From Verrucomicrobiales bacterium (GTDB lineage Bacteria > Verrucomicrobiota > Verrucomicrobiia > Verrucomicrobiales > V1-33), in the NCBI GenBank assembly GCA_035550135.1, contig DASZQB010000107.1, positions 12,064 to 76,063 of the forward strand: DNA of 64,000 nt. The letters are read 5' to 3'. The notes beneath the pieces are model-generated. The model was not told where the DNA came from. It searched no databases and saw only the letters and a program-made list of their open reading frames with translations. How positions within the stretch are numbered: the stretch's first letter is position 1; each line of letters begins with the position of its first letter. Shown here one piece after another: positions 55,301 through 63,200 of the stretch. A program made the translations under genes and the position numbers.

Positions 55301-57044
55301 ATTCTGTCCTGGCTGTATTACTCAGGATCGTGCAATAGCTGAGAGAACCGGTAACGCCCCCGGCGAACCCAACGGCTCCCCGGCCGGTTGTGTTGATAAA
55401 GTTAGAGCCGATGTAGCAATTCTCAATTTCGCAGGAGCCCCCTTGAAAAAAAAGTGCAGGTCCGTCGCCATTGGTCGTATAATTGGACGTGAATCGGCAA
55501 CGCCGGATCTTCACTGCCGATTGTTGCGCATAGCACGCGCCGCCATGGTATCCTGACTGGCAGGTGCTGAAGGTGCAGTCCTCAGCCGTTAGGGGCGCGC
55601 CGTTGACGAACACGCCACCTCCGAGACTGGAGGCAAAGCAGGCGGAAATCGTGCACCGCCGGATGGTAACGGGAACGCCATCCGAAAAAATCGCGGCGCC
55701 CCTTTGACCGAAACCCTCACGAAATGACGTGATGGTTAGTCCCTCCACGACGAAAGGGCCTGCGGACGGAGCGGTCGTGTAAAAACAGGAGTGTGTCGGA
55801 TCTCCAACGATCGTGGCGCCTTGCGTTCCAACAATCGTTACGGGTTTGAGCACCTGAATACTCTGGTTGCCGGTGCCGATGAAAACATTGCCGCCGCCCT
55901 GCAAAACCACCCGTCCGCCAGCCGGCACGGCAGCGATGGCGCTCGTAATGTTCGCAAACGGCTGGTCGAAGGTGCCGAGGAAGGGCGCTACCGCATTCGC
56001 TCTCGCATAAACCACCGTACTCGAAGCAGTACCTGCGTTAAGAGACGGGTCGTTCGGGTTGGTCTGTGCTGTAAATTCCTCGGAATTCGTGTAGCCGTCG
56101 AGATCAAGGTCCACGTCTTTGTCCGACGCCGAGGCTGGATTGAGAGCGTAATAGTATTCCCAGCCATCGAGCATGCCGTCGTCGTCGGAGTCGTCGTCGT
56201 TCGCTTTCGTTCCCAGCAGGTATTCTGTGATGTTCGTCACCCCGTCGTAGTCTTTGTCGCTCTCCCGGTCGTCAGCGCTGGCATTGAGGTAATTATCGTA
56301 CTCCCAGGAATCCGGCATCGCATCCTTGTCGGCATCCGCGTAGAGCGGGTGAGTGTCGCCCGTTTGGAAATCGTCGATGAACGTGTATTTACCAGTGGCT
56401 GCCCGGACCACAAAACTGCCGGAGGCGGGCGAATTCGGAGGGTGATTGATCACCTCAAGCTTTCCATTGATCCATAAGTCTGAGATCGTCGCTGCAGGAT
56501 CCGTCCGGAGGGTAAGGCGCAGCCAATTTTTGAGATATGATCCGTTCTCAATGAAAAGCGCGGGACCGGTAGCCGTCCATGTGCCCCCGCCCGCCGGCGA
56601 ATACATATACAGCCGGGCTGTCGTGGCGGAGCCAACCTGCACGATCATCGCCGGAACCGAATCAATGACGAGCTGCGCTTCAGCTACTGTCCATGACGGA
56701 ACGGTATTCACAGGAATCGTCTTGCCCACAGGCAAACGCAGGGAGACGTCTAGGAAACGCACTCCGCTTCCCGCCGCTGCCGCATGCGAAAGCGTGCCGG
56801 CGGCGCTGCTCGAGGTGAACTTGAGCGACTGGTCCCCCGAGACACTTAACGCCCTTGAAACTTCCAGCGCCCCCCCGCTGAAACTCCATCCTCCGGGAGG
56901 ATTCTTTTGAGAAACCGTTCCGACCTGCCAATTATTTGGAGCATTGGGGCGGGTTTCGAATTCATCTGCTTGATTGGCGGCACGGCTGGAACGGAAGCCG
57001 CAGAAGAAACAAAGGAGAGCAGCAACGCTGGGGACTATTTTCAT
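49326..57044 (-). CDS. 2572-aa secreted giant protein: LamG-like region, TSP3-like repeats, two Pmp-like beta-helix blocks, a long uncharacterised trunk and a C-terminal AHH-type nuclease-like tip
   Basis: Signal peptide MKIVPSVAALLCFFCGFRSSRA. Asp-rich TSP3-like motifs (DKDYDGVTNITEYLLGT, DLDLDGYTNSEEF, DQDGFTNIEEYANGSDP, DTDEDGVTDLEEIRLGLDP). Many GGA[ILV]/GGGV plus FxxN pairs (GGAIYASGDAQFFNN, GGAIYVRG, FHDN, FAYN, FFRN). C-terminal ...AVAHHDYPQDMEEYFAKRGIDVHEGTNSGRWLPADFHYIVNG... Confidence 0.85.
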   Translation of the reverse strand: MKIVPSVAALLCFFCGFRSSRAANQADEFETRPNAPNNWQVGTVSQKNPPGGWSFSGGALEVSRALSVSGDQSLKFTSSSAAGTLSHAAAAGSGVRFLDVSLRLPVGKTIPVNTVPSWTVAEAQLVIDSVPAMIVQVGSATTARLYMYSPAGGGTWTATGPALFIENGSYLKNWLRLTLRTDPAATISDLWINGKLEVINHPPNSPASGSFVVRAATGKYTFIDDFQTGDTHPLYADADKDAMPDSWEYDNYLNASADDRESDKDYDGVTNITEYLLGTKANDDDSDDDGMLDGWEYYYALNPASASDKDVDLDLDGYTNSEEFTAQTNPNDPSLNAGTASSTVVYARANAVAPFLGTFDQPFANITSAIAAVPAGGRVVLQGGGNVFIGTGNQSIQVLKPVTIVGTQGATIVGDPTHSCFYTTAPSAGPFVVEGLTITSFREGFGQRGAAIFSDGVPVTIRRCTISACFASSLGGGVFVNGAPLTAEDCTFSTCQSGYHGGACYAQQSAVKIRRCRFTSNYTTNGDGPALFFQGGSCEIENCYIGSNFINTTGRGAVGFAGGVTGSLSYCTILSNTARTESGGLFNGNAGGTITLNSCILWDNRISGGVKSQVNGTALWSAAYCTVESATAPPVILPGSGNDANNPNFLSGTPILRYATVPSAANPNPNQNPPRPATDIEGVPRLPVPQLAQRGAFAFADTDGDGMPSSWEIKYQLNPNDKADGDKDADQDGFTNIEEYANGSDPRYPGYESSVCIFVDAAGISANDANYGYISSPVRTISRALQLLVPNTRNRICLRDGTYSGNLNRDLSTPSLMVSGTIAFTLKSLNGPGSVVIELEDAKGVRRRFLTSSSYYGSPEWTIRGIEFRHGLAPAGGSGGVFFWQGYTQGLMVYDCTFTGCKAVNGGAISYQSSPGSAGRRFQLTNCVFQGCEATSLGGAVHSGSTARFSAAGCTFAYNAAAVGGGVYCVGPGAGLNLNGCVFFRNTAGSGGGASLNSLTGYSTFSGEFYTNATVPVSVFDNVLANCVFAENVAHPVLSIHSEGGGVVLNGCNTDLHGCRFTGNIAESLDGSSQGGALFVTAVGGPSVFSSDFHDNEAAERGGAIYVRGVGPGFFTVNGTSPPNTPAGVPSVPRLANCAIRGNTAGAVGGGVFVGGSEGDSYPDGIIVHCTLTGNHSGAGEGGAIYASGDAQFFNNITWFNTPALTQVFSPEGTLAAAGNNSQQTLPGGVSIRPTLAFDGIHIAAPLPPEVVHLLGGANPAHTGLAVERPAGAKRTRSYDFDLEPRPGSSIEAGCDEWVDSDPQPDGLPDWFELYVINLSPNDAFTSFATVTPDSRMEGSGYKLKDLFNAAGDPGKPDAAQPKTDTDEDGVTDLEEIRLGLDPSEWTTRWYGWHGRCDSEAAGLGHLRDFDGDGVMDSNDAVPNSKELKFFRTPTVRYVPMFLTTASGDRVEGKPLALNNRGDVLFSVPDPPGADDVKFKVWIASTKQVLTAEGTGHYSGTVLDFDDEGRALLDLYYWDQNLENDGAYLFVPETGSLTFKDVVLPQGGQLPPKFRRALLLRPGANGDVFLDSTDALDWGTGGFWAEPGNAPVSLVRSDEYWLLSRTRDEDGDVMKIWNRDAGGGWHDKASGPESGSWINSMKPAIHGSGPLAQEGFTVYAWNDALQTPAWEKATRKGGVDWGFLTWAWTKVNNQGMGIFWSDDHDDFDVHQNNSFSKIRKSLTVPGPSMLSNCTDINQNGVILAWADHTNPMLLMPVRVDAISRDPITGVFSNLGGSIPHSPLSPTVTLTTVSSTISPTKLVTVSYTAKARDIHAEMTGSASVANLLDIYVNGVLKTTATGTLINQGGALKAPWEKSRSECQFQGSFTIQVTDPQPVSLGFVTRKNAAEKRGRADATVVLDRVSYEPVNVPPPSPVSIFFVGGEPSNGVRNSVTLSGGITATLQEPVGHYDGLYFEYTTAQNTTYGLNLRTLDPPSATARYLSARLEIRSPTSTTAVLGTWQETGGSTRLFNCVDSGAMLPASEALRVIDTVITDPGTDIEDPPQATPFALRLTVPKLAAPTFTPLNGMTPKMNGVPVILKTSPTGDLPPVDPLFDQLYVTAPTGELSIFAANSKLSANYCLNPAVTKLQLEQLQAASAVQMLEESRHTTGVSTPTEEPPPADDPYVNPGGPYTFEDVRMMFGLLNGPGAAEVLEWYENQGLAIKINETAWWGDPWDWYWDYISGYDAILRPDKTPTLWLSRKELPTLEKAVQGLAEALVELQEMAKSPAKVRSTLRIEPSFWEDLGNRMADGTTSKEEFIRLWQQGLKDAVSGSFSAFGRSFAESLSIYYMSVGVMVMSYDGAKAISEGDAKAGAVSLFVTLLTVKGGSMARTLHKQFKAGRIKKLVLKLPGGGRAEIKEAMIAALDVATRKHDYRSALFVELRPMIADGRITRQNLEDLWKMGITQSGTTKGSALLGRRLGDKPHWAETRPAVAHHDYPQDMEEYFAKRGIDVHEGTNSGRWLPADFHYIVNGKGLTGFGETGNAFNYQWERWRALNPNATLPEIEAFKEKLVGKTMNFEAKSIDWEFTP

Positions 57045-57064
57045 CGTGGCGTATGGGTTGGAAT

Positions 57065-57397
57065 TCAGGGTTCTTCCTTGATTACTGGCACCGGTGGCGG
57101 GGCATGTTCCGGGGGGAGCGTTGTCAATTCGCCGGACTGGAGCTGACGGCGGATTTCAGAAAACTGATCCACTTTTTTCTCACCTTTTGCGACAATGCCG
57201 GCAGCCACCGAAGGAGCGGATGGAACGGGAACAGCTTTGGTTCCTTCGCGCAGGGCATTCGATCCTTTACCCGTCACATCGGCTGCCGGCGGCCTTTCAG
57301 GTTCTCCTTTTGGCCACCAAAACCAAATCGCAATTCCGGCAAATACCGGGACGATTCCTAATACGAACAGGCGGCGGGGACGGGCCGGGGTCTGCAT
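57065..57397 (-). CDS. small single-pass membrane protein upstream of the giant gene
   Basis: MQTPARPRRLFVLGIVPVFAGIAIWFWWPKG, then a Pro/Ala-rich tail. It ends 20 nt before the giant gene start. Confidence 0.5.
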   Translation of the reverse strand: MQTPARPRRLFVLGIVPVFAGIAIWFWWPKGEPERPPAADVTGKGSNALREGTKAVPVPSAPSVAAGIVAKGEKKVDQFSEIRRQLQSGELTTLPPEHAPPPVPVIKEEP

Positions 57398-57757
57398 AAT
57401 TTCGGAACGCTAGCAAGTTGGCGTGCCTGACTTCAAGCACAATTTTTAAAATAATTTTAATGGGAGCGGCCGCGACTGCGCTTTGCCCGGAAATTCGTGG
57501 CCGGCAGCGCCTTTCTGAAATCTACCTTCTTCAAGCCGTCTGCCTGAAATTATCGCTCCACTTTCCGGGAATTGAACACCGCGGCGGGGCCTGCAGTCTT
57601 TATTGGCGGGGAATTTCCCCTGCCTGCATCCATCCGCCCGGGACCTGCGTTTTACCATTCCCGGCAATTTCTCTTGCTTCTTTCCCGCCCGGTCCATACA
57701 ATCCGCGCCCCACCAAAGGTCCCAAGCCGGTCTTTGCTTTCCGCCACATCCTTCCCC

Positions 57758-58681
57758 ATGCGAGTGTATTCCAAAGCATCCGTCCTCATTGCAGCCCTCC
57801 TTTCCTGCGGTATTTCCGTTTCCGGGGCGCAAACCACGAAAAAAGACAAACCGTCCGCTTCCAAGGCGACAACCACCCAGGCCAGCAATCCAGCGACAGC
57901 TCCCGGTTCCACCACCGGGGCCAAAGGGATCGTGGGCGCCGTGGCTCCCCTGCCCCGGGTTTATGCTCCCACCCGCCCGCGTGAAGTGGCTCCGAAATAC
58001 CCGTGGCGGAGGAACATCCCCACCACCATTTTCTGGATCGGCGAGTCGCCCTCCGAGAACAATCCCACTCCGAACCACGCCAGTTCATGGGACGTAAACT
58101 GGCAACTGAACTACGGCGGATTCGACGATCCCAACAAAGATAACCGCACCTGGGATTTCCGCCCCAAGGCTTTCACACCGGGTCTCAATCCGTTTTACAT
58201 CGCCCTCCCTTTTAATGACCTTACCTGTCCGGAGGTCGCCAAACTGATTCCGTGGTATAAGAAGAGGAAGGCGGAAGGGGCCAAAAGCGTGTGCCAGAGC
58301 ATGTGGGTGGCAGTGAGGTTCGGCAACAAGACGTGCTTTGCCCAGTGGGAGGACTGCGGACCGTTCACCACCGAAGATCACAACTACGTCTTCGGCGGAA
58401 AACCGCCCGCCACCAAAGGCAACGGCGGCGCCGGCCTCGATATTTCCCCAGCGGTCCGCGACTTCCTTGGCGCCAGCAGCGGTGCGCTGTGCGACTGGCG
58501 GTTCTGCACTGAAGAGGAAGTGACCGACGGCCCGTGGAAGCGTTTTGGAAAGAACAACACTTTCCTATCCAAAGATCAGCGGGAAAATGAAGCCCTGCGC
58601 AAGCGGTATGAAGAACTGGTCCGCCGCCGCGAGGAATGGCTCAAAAAGCAGGCGACCCAGGTGTCGGTGCGGGTGCAGTAG
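57758..58681 (+). CDS. secreted hypothetical protein
   Basis: The ATG at 57758 gives signal peptide MRVYSKASVLIAALLSCGISVSGA. This is followed by a Thr/Ala/Pro linker, then a Trp/Cys-containing globular domain and a charged C-terminal helix. The track start at 57572 looks over-extended. Confidence 0.7.
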   Translation: MRVYSKASVLIAALLSCGISVSGAQTTKKDKPSASKATTTQASNPATAPGSTTGAKGIVGAVAPLPRVYAPTRPREVAPKYPWRRNIPTTIFWIGESPSENNPTPNHASSWDVNWQLNYGGFDDPNKDNRTWDFRPKAFTPGLNPFYIALPFNDLTCPEVAKLIPWYKKRKAEGAKSVCQSMWVAVRFGNKTCFAQWEDCGPFTTEDHNYVFGGKPPATKGNGGAGLDISPAVRDFLGASSGALCDWRFCTEEEVTDGPWKRFGKNNTFLSKDQRENEALRKRYEELVRRREEWLKKQATQVSVRVQ

Positions 58682-58766
58682 CAGCGGGGCAGGAATTTCA
58701 CTGGCGTTCAGAAGAGCCGCAGATTATTAGCGGAGCCCGGGCTTTCCCGCCCGGGGAACGCGTGTC

Positions 58767-60260
58767 ATGAGCAAGAATCTGAAAGGCCTGAAAGGCAAAA
58801 GTTATAACGAAGTGATGAACGAATGGGCTGCCCAGCAGTCCTTTCTGCGGCGGGCAAGTTCAGGGCTCCTGCGGCCTGGTTATGATGTCACGGGCTACGC
58901 GCGGCTGTGGGGATGGCTTTGGCGGATGCTGATTCTCACGGGCGTTCCGCTGCTGCTTTATATGGGCGTGCTGCGGGTGTACGGCAAGGGTCCGGCTTTC
59001 AACACTCAAATGACCGCCGAAGTGAAGCGGTTTCTAGGAGCGGAAAATGTGGTTCTCGGGGCGACGCGCTGGGACCTGAACGGGGAACTGAGGATTGCGT
59101 CCATGAAAGTGCAGGGCAAGTCGGCCAACATTTTCCAGGATTTGAAGGCGGAGAATCTCAGCACGTGGATCACGGTGCCTAACGTTTTCAAATCCGACTG
59201 GCACCTGAAATCCGTCGATTCGGTAAAAGCCTCTATTTCCCTCCGCCCCGGCGGCTCTCCGAAGGTGGCTTCCGGTTCGCCGGAAAGCGGTTCGAAACTG
59301 CTCACCGCCGGCTGGGGTATCAAACCGGATTTTTCCCTGCTGACGGTGGACCAATACAAGTCCGACAGTCTCACCCTGACGTGGGGCGGCAATCCGGCGA
59401 CCACGGGTGAACTCACGGGCAGCAATGCGACGCTCACACACAACGGGGCGGATTGGGACCTCCTGCTCGCCGGCGGCACTTTCCGTCAGGGATGGTTTGA
59501 CCAGATCCGCGTGCTGAACGCGAAAGTGAAGATCACCCCTGAGCGCGCGGTGTTTGAAAAAGGGGAGTTCGCCATTGCCGGCGGCGGCAACGGAACGCTG
59601 ACAGGAAACATTGCGCTGGGTGAGTTTCCGGAGGTGGACCTCACCATCAATGTCGAGAACACGCCGTTCCATCCATTCCTGCCGGAGTTCTTCCAGAACT
59701 ACGTCAAGGCACTCAGCAAAGGAACCATCAAGCTGAGCGGTTCCACCAACCGCAGCACCGGCATTCTGATGGACTGCAATTTTGATCTCCTGTCAGGCAA
59801 AATTATCGGTGTTCCGGTGTTTCGCGCGCTGGAACTGGCCACGGAGGAAACGCACGTGGCGCAGCCGGAAATCAAAGGCGGACACGTTCGATTCACCAGT
59901 CAGGGCACGCAGGAAAACGGCGGATTCCTGCTCGAAGCCAGTGACGTGGTGCTGGACTGCGGAGCGAATCTCAAGATCGGCCTGACGATCCGGCACGAAC
60001 GCAAGGAGGTGCAGGCCAGCAATGCCCGTGAGGCGGCGGCTGCCACCGGCGACAGCGTGTCCCTAACGACTGTCGGCACTATCCGCATCGGCCTGCCGCC
60101 GGAAACCTTCACCAAGCTGAAACCCGCCATCCGTCAGGAGTTCTTCACCCGGGAGGACCAGGGCCTGCACTGGATGGAGGCTCCCTATCGCATGGAGGAT
60201 GGGGAGTTCACCAAAGATACTGCGGACCGGATCATCGCGCTGCACAACGGCGGCAAGTAG
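58767..60260 (+). CDS. membrane-anchored hypothetical protein
   Basis: One TM segment (LWGWLWRMLILTGVPLLLYMGVL), then ~420 aa of beta-rich sequence. Clean ORF. Confidence 0.7.
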   Translation: MSKNLKGLKGKSYNEVMNEWAAQQSFLRRASSGLLRPGYDVTGYARLWGWLWRMLILTGVPLLLYMGVLRVYGKGPAFNTQMTAEVKRFLGAENVVLGATRWDLNGELRIASMKVQGKSANIFQDLKAENLSTWITVPNVFKSDWHLKSVDSVKASISLRPGGSPKVASGSPESGSKLLTAGWGIKPDFSLLTVDQYKSDSLTLTWGGNPATTGELTGSNATLTHNGADWDLLLAGGTFRQGWFDQIRVLNAKVKITPERAVFEKGEFAIAGGGNGTLTGNIALGEFPEVDLTINVENTPFHPFLPEFFQNYVKALSKGTIKLSGSTNRSTGILMDCNFDLLSGKIIGVPVFRALELATEETHVAQPEIKGGHVRFTSQGTQENGGFLLEASDVVLDCGANLKIGLTIRHERKEVQASNAREAAAATGDSVSLTTVGTIRIGLPPETFTKLKPAIRQEFFTREDQGLHWMEAPYRMEDGEFTKDTADRIIALHNGGK

Positions 60261-60273
60261 AACGCGCCTTCGG

Positions 60274-63200
60274 TTATTTGCCAGGCTGGTTCAAGTCCCA
60301 GCGCAGGATGCAGCCGTGACTGTCTCCGGAGAAAAGAGTGCCCGTTCTGTGATCGAAGGCGGCCACGCTGCCGCTGAAAAGCGAATGCGGCTTCCACGTC
60401 AAACGCCGTTCGTTTGCCGGACCATCGGTGCGTTCCACCGTGACGCCGTCTCCCATAAAGACGCGGACTTTTGAGTTTTCGCCGGACGTAAACTCTCCCC
60501 ATGCCGGCGAGCCCCGCGGACGATTGGGGCGCTGGAGGGTGAAATCCGGCACAGACTTTCCGTCTTTGGCCAAGTCCGGAACGGGCTTGCCATCGGCAGT
60601 CGAGAACACGCGAAACAGCAGGGATTCCACGGCAGCGCCGGAGGCGTCATATGTCTGGGCCCGCCTCGAAAATACGAGACGCGAACCATCGTCCGAGAAG
60701 GAGACGCCAGGATTGTAGTCTCCCGACCAATCCCTGAGATTGAGGGAGGGTCCGGCCGTGACTTTGCCGTCCTTCAGTTTCCAAAGCGACCATGAGAAAT
60801 GGCCGGCCACAGCGATTGCGCTCCCGTCCGGGGCGCAGGCAAGAACTCTTTCCTCCCGTTGAAACCGGTGGAGTGTTTTCGGCTCTCCCTCACCCGGAAT
60901 GCGCATGAGGTCTCCCTGTTCGGTGACGCACAAAATGTCCGAAGGGCTGATGAACTCCATCCAGCGAATGGCCGCGGGCAGCGTGGCACACGTCCTGTTA
61001 TTCGATCCGTCGGACTGACATCTGACAACTTGTCCATGAATGCTGCCGGCGGCTACCTGCGAACCATCGGAGGAAAGCGCGATGGCCGTGATCCCCATTG
61101 AAGTTCCGCCGATGGTGCGCACCGGCCATGGCGGAGGCGCGGTCTGCGGAAGCTCCACCAGATGCCAGTCGCAGGTGGAAACCGTTACCTTCGCCGGCGT
61201 GCCCACCGGACCAAGAGACGGCATGAATTCGAGCCGCACACGGAGCTTGGGTGCATAACGATAACCGTCCGGGGGAGTTATGTCCCTCGCTCCGCTATCC
61301 ACAAAATACCATGCGCCATCCGACGCATTGACCGTATAAACCATGAGCCGGATCGGAACCGGATCGGGAGCGGGTTCGCCTTCCAGCACGGCCTGCAAAT
61401 GTCCCTGAGTGCCGGCCACGCGAACCCAGCCGGTGAATTGATAGCGCCTCAAAGGCTCGAAGGGAACTTCCGGACTGGCGATGGAAAGCGAGTCACCGGT
61501 GCGCGCTTCGACGGTGGCGGAATAACCAAATGCACCCGGGCGGTCCTCCGGGGGCAGCGCTTTCCAGATGACTTCCTTCGGTGTGGAGATCCATGATTCT
61601 TTTCGGTTAGGATCAGGAACAAGGATGGAGGCGGAGGGCGGCGCCGCACGCAGCAGAGCCCGGCCATTGCGCATCACGGCGTTGAATTCGGACTTCCCGT
61701 CGTGGCGGCGCTGAGTCCTGACAAAATCCGCGCGGGGGAGTGTCAGAGAGCCGGCGAGCGGCACAGCTTTGGTGGAAGGACCTTCATTCCACGAAACGCC
61801 ATCACCGCTGGTGAAGGAAAGCAGTTCTCCGGCGGGCGGCAGAGCGGCCCGGTCCGCAGGCCATGTCAGGAGCGGAGCCGGCGGACGAAGCGAACGGTCT
61901 CCCGTGTTAGGATTTCCGGGCCGGAGGCCGCAGCGGTGCCAGCACAGAAGCAGCGAATCGTTTTCCCCCGGCGCGAGCCATGTCAGGAATTCGCCGTCCG
62001 AAACCTTTCGCTGTCCAACGGCCAGTTGGGCCTCCATATCGGCAAGAGGGGGATTGAAAGAAGAGGTTTGCGCCTCAGGCACTTTGCGCAGAAGGGCGAT
62101 GTCCGCGGCCGCCTCGTCCCAGCGTTTTGCAGCAAGGCATATCCTGACCCACTGGGCGCGGGTGTACGCATCCCGCCCGACGGATTTCTCCGGAGGCGGC
62201 ATCGACGCGAGCCAGCGCCGGCCTGTAGTGAACAGAAAATTCTGCAGGTCCGGAAGCGCTGGCGATTGTGCTTTCCGCCAGAGTTCGGCGGCGGTGCGCG
62301 CCAGTCCTTCCGCGTCCCTGCCGGCGGCGAACGCGTCGAGCAGGGGCATGTTTTTGCGGAGGGCGGCGGCAGCCTCCTCCGCCATGCCGTGGTCCAGCAT
62401 GTGATTGAAAGTGACTATAAATTCGTCAGGGTAAAAACGCGATTGGCCATCAGACGGGCGCTTTGCCGCAGCCTCCCATTGGTCCTGGTGTCCGGCCATG
62501 CGCAGCCGGAGAATGTCCTGCACCAAAGGCGTGTCTTTGTTTTCCAGGGCCAGCGGGAACGCGTGCTTAAGCACGTCCCATGGATATGCGTGCTGCGCAT
62601 TCGGCCCGCTGCGGGACGTCACCGCCTGCAGATGGAATTTTGTCAGGAAACGGAAATAGGCCAGCGGGTCAGCGCCGGGCAGCGCAGTCATCAGATCGAA
62701 ACTGATCGTTCCGCCGCCGGTCGTGAACGCTTCGAGTTTTGCCGGTGTGCTTGAGGGCTCGCGAACGCATTCCGCGATCAAAAGCAATTGTCGAATGATA
62801 GAGGCGGGAGCCTGTGCCCGCCCTGCCCCTTCGATCTCGGCGCGCGCCCTTTCCACCAAAGGGGTGGAGAGATTCTGTTCATGCAAAAACTTGATGATCT
62901 CCACTTCGGCAATGACCTTTTTCCCATCGACGCCGGAGAGAATGAAGTACTGAAAAAGACCCGGACAACCCTCGAGGAACTTTCGGCGGCGCGGAAAATC
63001 CACGGCATCCGCCGGAAGAACCAGTTCCGCCGGCGCCAGTTTTTCAAGGAGGATCTGAGCGGTCTCCGGAAGCATGCTCAACTCACTGGAGAGATCCTTG
63101 ATCGCGACGAACAACGCCGCGCCCGTATGACTGGAAAGAGGCAGGACTTTCAGAAGAGCCGGAAACAGGCGCTTTGCATCGCTGTCCGCGCCCGCTTTGT

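Noticed and set aside
57398-57757. Divergent 360-nt intergenic region with repeated GGAAATT/GGGAATT-like words and a near-palindrome GGGGAATTTCCCC
   Set aside because: The words are short and imperfect, and I could not define a consistent spaced motif or a stable structure. It probably just contains the two promoters.
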